Source of the DNA: a virus
Lineage: Duplodnaviria > Heunggongvirae > Uroviricota > Caudoviricetes
Virus record (IMG/VR): IMGVR_UViG_3300014527_000093
Span: 1 to 2,909 of that record
Strand: one strand, 5' to 3'
DNA: 2,909 bases
This document shows, piece by piece, positions 1 to 2,909 of this stretch. The notes under the pieces were generated by a model that did not search any database, was not told the origin of the DNA, and was given only the letters and a program-made list of their open reading frames with translations. The position numbers and the translations under genes were made by a program. Numbering within the stretch: position 1 is the first letter of the stretch; each line of letters starts with the position of its first letter.

Positions 1-822
1 ATGAATCCTCTGGCGGTCCTGCGCGGTGGACTGGCAGCTTCAGGCGCGGTGCTGCGAGTGCTGGCATCCGGCCCGCTGGCGATGCTGCGCGTTGCTCTGT
101 ATGCCATATCTGGTCTGTTAGGCGCTCTGCTCAGTCCGATAGGTCTTGTGGTTACTGCACTGGCGGGCGTGGCGCTGGTTGTCTGGAAATACTGGCAACC
201 CATCACCGCATTTCTTGGTGGCGTGGTGGAAGGATTCAAAGCGGCGGCAGGTCCCATCAGTGCAGCGTTCGAACCACTTAAGCCTGTGTTTCAGTGGATT
301 GGCGACAAAGTGCAGGCGCTGTGGGGCTGGTTTACTGATCTGCTGACACCCGTTAAGTCGACCTCTGCCGAACTGCAGAGCGCAGCGGCAATGGGGCGGA
401 GATTCGGGGAGGCACTGGCGGAAGGGCTGAATATGGTCATGCATCCGCTGGACTCCCTGAAATCCGGCGTTTCCTGGTTGCTGGATAAACTCGGCATTGT
501 CAGTAAAGAGGCTGCAAAGGCGAAACTGCCGGAAAGCGTGACGCGTCAGCAACCTGCGACGGTGAATGCAGACGGTAAAGTGATGATGCCATCGGGTGGT
601 TTTCCGTCATGGGGATATGGCTTTGCGGGGATGTATGACAGCGGCGGCTATATCCCGCGCGGGCAGTTTGGCATCGTCGGTGAAAACGGGCCGGAAATTG
701 TTAACGGCCCGGCAAATGTGACCAGCCGGAGAAATACAGCTGCACTGGCTGGCGGTGTTGCCGGGACGAAGGGCGGTGCTCCCACCGTTGCATCCGTTGG
801 CGCTTCCCGCGAAAGGCGGTGA
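1..822 (+). CDS. T: Tail tape measure protein, C-terminal portion (P2 gpT-like); ORF is open to the 5' window edge, so the true start is probably upstream
   Basis: Frame 1 is open from position 1 to TGA at 820-822. Translation has long hydrophobic Ala/Gly/Leu/Val stretches (LAASGAVLRVLASGPLAMLRVALYAISGLLGALLSPIGLVVTALAGVALVV) and a Gly-rich C-terminal region with a GENGPEIV motif, both typical of tape measure C-terminal regions. It lies immediately upstream of recognisable gpU and gpD, matching P2 order T-U-D. The ATG at position 1 may be coincidental. Confidence 0.75.
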   Translation: MNPLAVLRGGLAASGAVLRVLASGPLAMLRVALYAISGLLGALLSPIGLVVTALAGVALVVWKYWQPITAFLGGVVEGFKAAAGPISAAFEPLKPVFQWIGDKVQALWGWFTDLLTPVKSTSAELQSAAAMGRRFGEALAEGLNMVMHPLDSLKSGVSWLLDKLGIVSKEAAKAKLPESVTRQQPATVNADGKVMMPSGGFPSWGYGFAGMYDSGGYIPRGQFGIVGENGPEIVNGPANVTSRRNTAALAGGVAGTKGGAPTVASVGASRERR

Positions 823-826
823 AGCG

Positions 827-1021
827 ATGGTGAGTCGTGCAGCTACTGTGCCGCCCATTTACCGGATTGAAGCACCGACGCAGATCATCATCCAGACACA
901 GCCAGGACAAAGTGCGCAGGATATTGCGCGGGAGGTGGCCCGCCAGCTTGATGAACGTGAACGCAGGCTGAAGGCAAAAGCCAGGAGTAACTACAGCGAT
1001 CAGGGGGGATACGACGCATGA
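827..1021 (+). CDS. Frame-2 ORF between tape measure stop and gpU start; most likely the frame-shifted true C-terminus of the tape measure protein, alternatively a small independent ORF (64 aa from ATG 827)
   Basis: Frame 2 is open from 722 to TGA 1019-1021; ATG at 827 follows the frame-1 TGA by 4 nt, with AAAGG at 812-816 as a possible RBS. Translation (MVSRAATVPPIYRIEAPTQIIIQTQPGQSAQDIAREVARQLDERERRLKAKARSNYSDQGGYDA) looks like real charged coding sequence. Its stop overlaps the gpU ATG as ATGA (1018-1021), a translational-coupling arrangement. Canonical P2 has no gene between T and U. Confidence 0.45.
   Translation: MVSRAATVPPIYRIEAPTQIIIQTQPGQSAQDIAREVARQLDERERRLKAKARSNYSDQGGYDA
1003..1009 (+). 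promoter_or_regulatory. Shine-Dalgarno sequence for gpU
   Basis: GGGGGGA, 8 nt upstream of ATG 1018. Confidence 0.6.
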
Positions 1022-1503
1022 TGATGGTACTGGGATTGTACGTGTTTATGCTGCGCACCGTGCCGTATCAGGAACTGCAGTATCAACGTAGCTGGCGACA
1101 TGCGGCAAACAGTCGGGTAAACCGTCGTCCGTCCACGCAGTTTCTGGGACCGGACAACGACATGCTGACGCTTTCCGGTGTTCTTATGCCGGAGATAACA
1201 GGCGGCAGGCTGTCGTTGCTGGCACTGGAGCAGATGGCAGAACAGGGGAAAGCATGGCCCCTGATTGAAGGCAGCGGCACGATTTATGGCATGTATGTGA
1301 TTGAGGGACTGAATCAGACTAAAACGGAGTTTTTCCGCGACGGTATGCCGCGCCGGATTGAGTTCACCCTGTTGCTCAAACGGGTGGATGAATCCCTGTC
1401 CGATATGTTCGGTGATCTCAGTGCGCAGCTGAATAATCTGCAGGGAACGGCAACATCTGCCTTAAGCGATATCAGTAAAACGGTGGGAGGGCTTCTGTCG
1501 TGA
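1018..1503 (+). CDS. U: Phage tail protein gpU (P2 U-like tail terminator/tail completion protein), 161 aa
   Basis: ORF 1018..1503 begins with three consecutive ATGs (MMMVLGLYVFMLRTVPYQELQYQRSW...), length ~160 aa. I recognise the translation as P2 gpU family. Strong SD GGGGGGA at 1003-1009 lies 8 nt upstream of the ATG. Start overlaps the upstream stop (ATGA) and the stop overlaps the downstream GTG start (GTGA). Confidence 0.9.
   Translation: MMMVLGLYVFMLRTVPYQELQYQRSWRHAANSRVNRRPSTQFLGPDNDMLTLSGVLMPEITGGRLSLLALEQMAEQGKAWPLIEGSGTIYGMYVIEGLNQTKTEFFRDGMPRRIEFTLLLKRVDESLSDMFGDLSAQLNNLQGTATSALSDISKTVGGLLS
1485..1490 (+). promoter_or_regulatory. Shine-Dalgarno sequence for gpD
   Basis: GGGAGG, 9 nt upstream of GTG 1500, inside the 3' end of U. 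Confidence 0.6.
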
Positions 1504-2600
1504 ATTTCAGCTCTGAACTGCTTAACAAAGGCAACAAAACTCCCGCATTCAGCATCAGTATTGAGGGCAGGGATATCACCACTGTGCTGGATAACCGCCT
1601 GATGAGTTTGACGCTGACGGACAATCGGGGCTTTGAAGCGGACCAGCTTGATCTGGAGCTGGACGACGCCGACGGAAAAATCGTGCTGCCGCGCCGTGGT
1701 GCGGTCATTACGCTGGCGCTGGGCTGGAAGGGGCAGCCGCTTTTCCCGAAAGGGGCATTCACGGTGGACGAGATTGAACACACTGGCGCACCGGACCGCC
1801 TGACTATCCGGGCGCGAAGTGCTGATTTTCGGGAAACGCTGAATACCCGCCGTGAAAAATCGTGGCATAACACCACCATCGGGGAAGTGGTGAAGGAAAT
1901 AGCCGCGCGGCACAAGCTGAAGATGGCACTGGGTAAAGACCTGTCGGATAAGCCCGTGGAGCATATAGACCAGACTAATGAGAGTGACGGCAGTTTTTTG
2001 ATGCGGCTGGCGCGCCAGTACGGTGCCATTGCATCGGTGAAAAATGGCAATCTGTTATTCATCCGGCAGGGACAGGGCAAAAGCGCCAGCGGTAAACCAC
2101 TGCCGGTGATTACTATCACACGTAAGGACGGCGACAGTCACCGCTTTACCCTGGCAGATCGCGGAGCTTACACGGGGGTAATTGCCAGCTGGTTGCATAC
2201 CCGCGAACCCGCGAAGAAAGAAAGCACTACGGTGAAGCGTAAGCGCAGGACTAAGAAGCAGAAGAAAGAGCCGGAAGAGAAGCAGGGCGATTACCTGGTG
2301 GGTACGGATGAAAACGTGCTGGTACTTAATCGCACTTATGCCAACCGGAGCAACGCCGAACGGGCAGCGAAAATGCAGTGGGAACGCCTGCAACGCGGCG
2401 TTGCATCATTCTCGCTACAACTGGCGGAAGGGCGGGCAGATCTCTACACAGAAATGCCTGTGAAGGTCAGTGGCTTTAAACAGCCGATAGATGATGCGGA
2501 ATGGACCATTACGACTCTGACGCATACCGTCAGCCCCGATAACGGTTTTACAACCAGTCTGGAGCTTGAAGTGAGGATTGATGATTTCGAAATGGAATGA
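1500..2600 (+). CDS. D: Phage tail protein / late control gene D protein (P2 gpD-like, tail hub-associated), 366 aa
   Basis: ORF 1500..2600 with GTG start overlapping the gpU stop (GTGA at 1500-1503). SD GGGAGG at 1485-1490 with a 9 nt spacer. Length and position directly after U and before ogr match P2 gene D. Consistent coding character throughout; the only overlapping ORFs are antisense. Confidence 0.88.
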   Translation: MNFSSELLNKGNKTPAFSISIEGRDITTVLDNRLMSLTLTDNRGFEADQLDLELDDADGKIVLPRRGAVITLALGWKGQPLFPKGAFTVDEIEHTGAPDRLTIRARSADFRETLNTRREKSWHNTTIGEVVKEIAARHKLKMALGKDLSDKPVEHIDQTNESDGSFLMRLARQYGAIASVKNGNLLFIRQGQGKSASGKPLPVITITRKDGDSHRFTLADRGAYTGVIASWLHTREPAKKESTTVKRKRRTKKQKKEPEEKQGDYLVGTDENVLVLNRTYANRSNAERAAKMQWERLQRGVASFSLQLAEGRADLYTEMPVKVSGFKQPIDDAEWTITTLTHTVSPDNGFTTSLELEVRIDDFEME

Positions 2601-2626
2601 TTCTTCGCAATGGAGAACTTTTAAGT

Positions 2627-2656
2627 TTGCAAAATGGAATAATGCGGTATCATTAT
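2627..2656 (+). promoter_or_regulatory. Putative sigma70-type promoter for ogr (-35 TTGCAA at 2627-2632, candidate -10 hexamers TATCAT/CATTAT around 2648-2656)
   Basis: The D-ogr intergenic region (2601-2690) is AT-richer than the flanking genes. TTGCAA is a 5/6 match to the -35 consensus, followed 15-18 nt later by A/T-rich hexamers resembling TATAAT. The exact -10 is ambiguous and the spacing is suboptimal for each candidate. ogr is an independently transcribed gene in P2. Confidence 0.3.
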
Positions 2657-2674
2657 TGTGAATTTAGCAAAAAT

Positions 2675-2680
2675 GGGGAG
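2675..2680 (+). promoter_or_regulatory. Shine-Dalgarno sequence for ogr
   Basis: GGGGAG, 10 nt upstream of ATG 2691. Confidence 0.55.
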
Positions 2681-2690
2681 AACTCGAAAA

Positions 2691-2909
2691 ATGATGATTT
2701 GCCCACTGTGTGGAAGTGCCGCCCATACTCGCAGCAGTTTTCAGGTATCTTCATTGACCAAAGAGCGTTACAACCAGTGCCAGAACATTAACTGCAGCCA
2801 TACTTTTGTTACCCATGAAACTTTTGTTCGTTCGATTGCAACGCCAAAAGAGTCAAATCCGGTTCAGCCGCATCCAATGAAATCAGGACAGGTGGCGCTC
2901 TCTCTTTGA
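2691..2909 (+). CDS. ogr: Ogr/Delta-family zinc-finger late-gene transcriptional activator, 72 aa
   Basis: Translation from ATG 2691: MMICPLCGSAAHTRSSFQVSSLTKERYNQCQNINCSHTFVTHETFVRSIATPKESNPVQPHPMKSGQVALSL. It has the Cys4 spacing C-x2-C-x22-C-x4-C (Cys at residues 4, 7, 30, 35) and the 72-aa length characteristic of P2 Ogr, and sits directly downstream of D as in P2. SD GGGGAG at 2675-2680 lies 10 nt upstream of the ATG. The ORF track's GTG start at 2658 is unlikely because it has no RBS and adds a non-conserved N-terminal extension. Confidence 0.9.
   Translation: MMICPLCGSAAHTRSSFQVSSLTKERYNQCQNINCSHTFVTHETFVRSIATPKESNPVQPHPMKSGQVALSL

Noticed and set aside
118-552. Minus-strand ORF (144 aa) and nested ORFs 146..346 (+) and 291..497 (-)
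   Set aside because: They lie entirely within the well-supported tape measure coding region, in antisense or alternate frames. Translations are Cys/Arg/His-rich with no RBS context, typical of spurious ORFs in GC-rich coding DNA.
607-910. Minus-strand ORFs 607..858 and 701..910
   Set aside because: Antisense to the tape measure 3' end and the frame-2 ORF. Arg/Cys/His-rich low-plausibility translations with no supporting signals.
1083-2119. Minus-strand ORFs 1083..1280, 1314..1964 and 1472..2119 (up to 216 aa)
   Set aside because: Antisense to gpU and gpD, which have strong RBSs, coupled starts and recognisable family features. The antisense translations are Arg/Ser/Pro-rich and the two long ones overlap each other in different frames, consistent with mirror-image artefacts.
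2055-2393. Minus-strand ORF (112 aa) with a hydrophobic Leu/Phe-rich translation
   Set aside because: It is the reverse complement of the purine-rich, Lys-rich coding segment of gpD (AAG/AAA codons read as Leu/Phe on the other strand); an artefact of low complexity.
2598-2625. Possible rho-independent terminator after gpD (TTCTTC...GAGAAC followed by TTTT)
   Set aside because: The potential stem is only ~6 bp, AU-rich and needs a G-U pair; too weak to call an intrinsic terminator with confidence.
2658-2690. GTG start at 2658 for ogr as listed in the ORF track (83 aa)
   Set aside because: The extension MNLAKMGRTRK has no upstream SD, whereas ATG 2691 has GGGGAG 10 nt upstream and gives the canonical 72-aa Ogr length with Cys4 at the expected positions.
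2597-2791. Plus-strand ORF (64 aa) spanning the intergenic region and overlapping the ogr 5' half in another frame
   Set aside because: No RBS, starts inside the D stop region, and overlaps the well-supported ogr frame. The AT-rich intergenic sequence plausibly gives a chance open frame.
1-2909. Search for CRISPR repeats, tRNA/rRNA genes, IS-element inverted repeats, att sites or toxin-antitoxin/defence-system signatures
   Set aside because: No periodic direct repeats with spacers, no tRNA-like cloverleaf candidates, no terminal inverted repeats. Essentially the whole window is accounted for by four contiguous phage tail/late-control genes.

Overview
This window reads as the distal end of a P2-like (Peduovirus-type) myophage tail-gene operon, all on the + strand: the C-terminal part of the tail tape measure protein (gpT-like, open to the 5' window edge), tail protein gpU, the tail/late-control protein gpD, then a short AT-richer intergenic region and the Cys4 zinc-finger late-gene activator Ogr, which ends exactly at the window edge. 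The genes are tightly packed with overlapping stop/start codons (ATGA, GTGA) and good Shine-Dalgarno sequences. All minus-strand ORFs in the track lie antisense to these genes and look like artefacts of GC-rich sequence. I found no tRNA, rRNA, CRISPR array, IS element or att site. I do not see evidence for a novel biological system here; this looks like a conserved, well-described prophage tail/late-control module. The points most worth a second look are a reading-frame break near the 3' end of the tape measure gene (positions ~722-827), a strongly basic low-complexity segment inside gpD, and a cluster of short AATGGA-type repeats in the D-ogr intergenic region. All homology statements come from reading the translations by eye, not from database searches.
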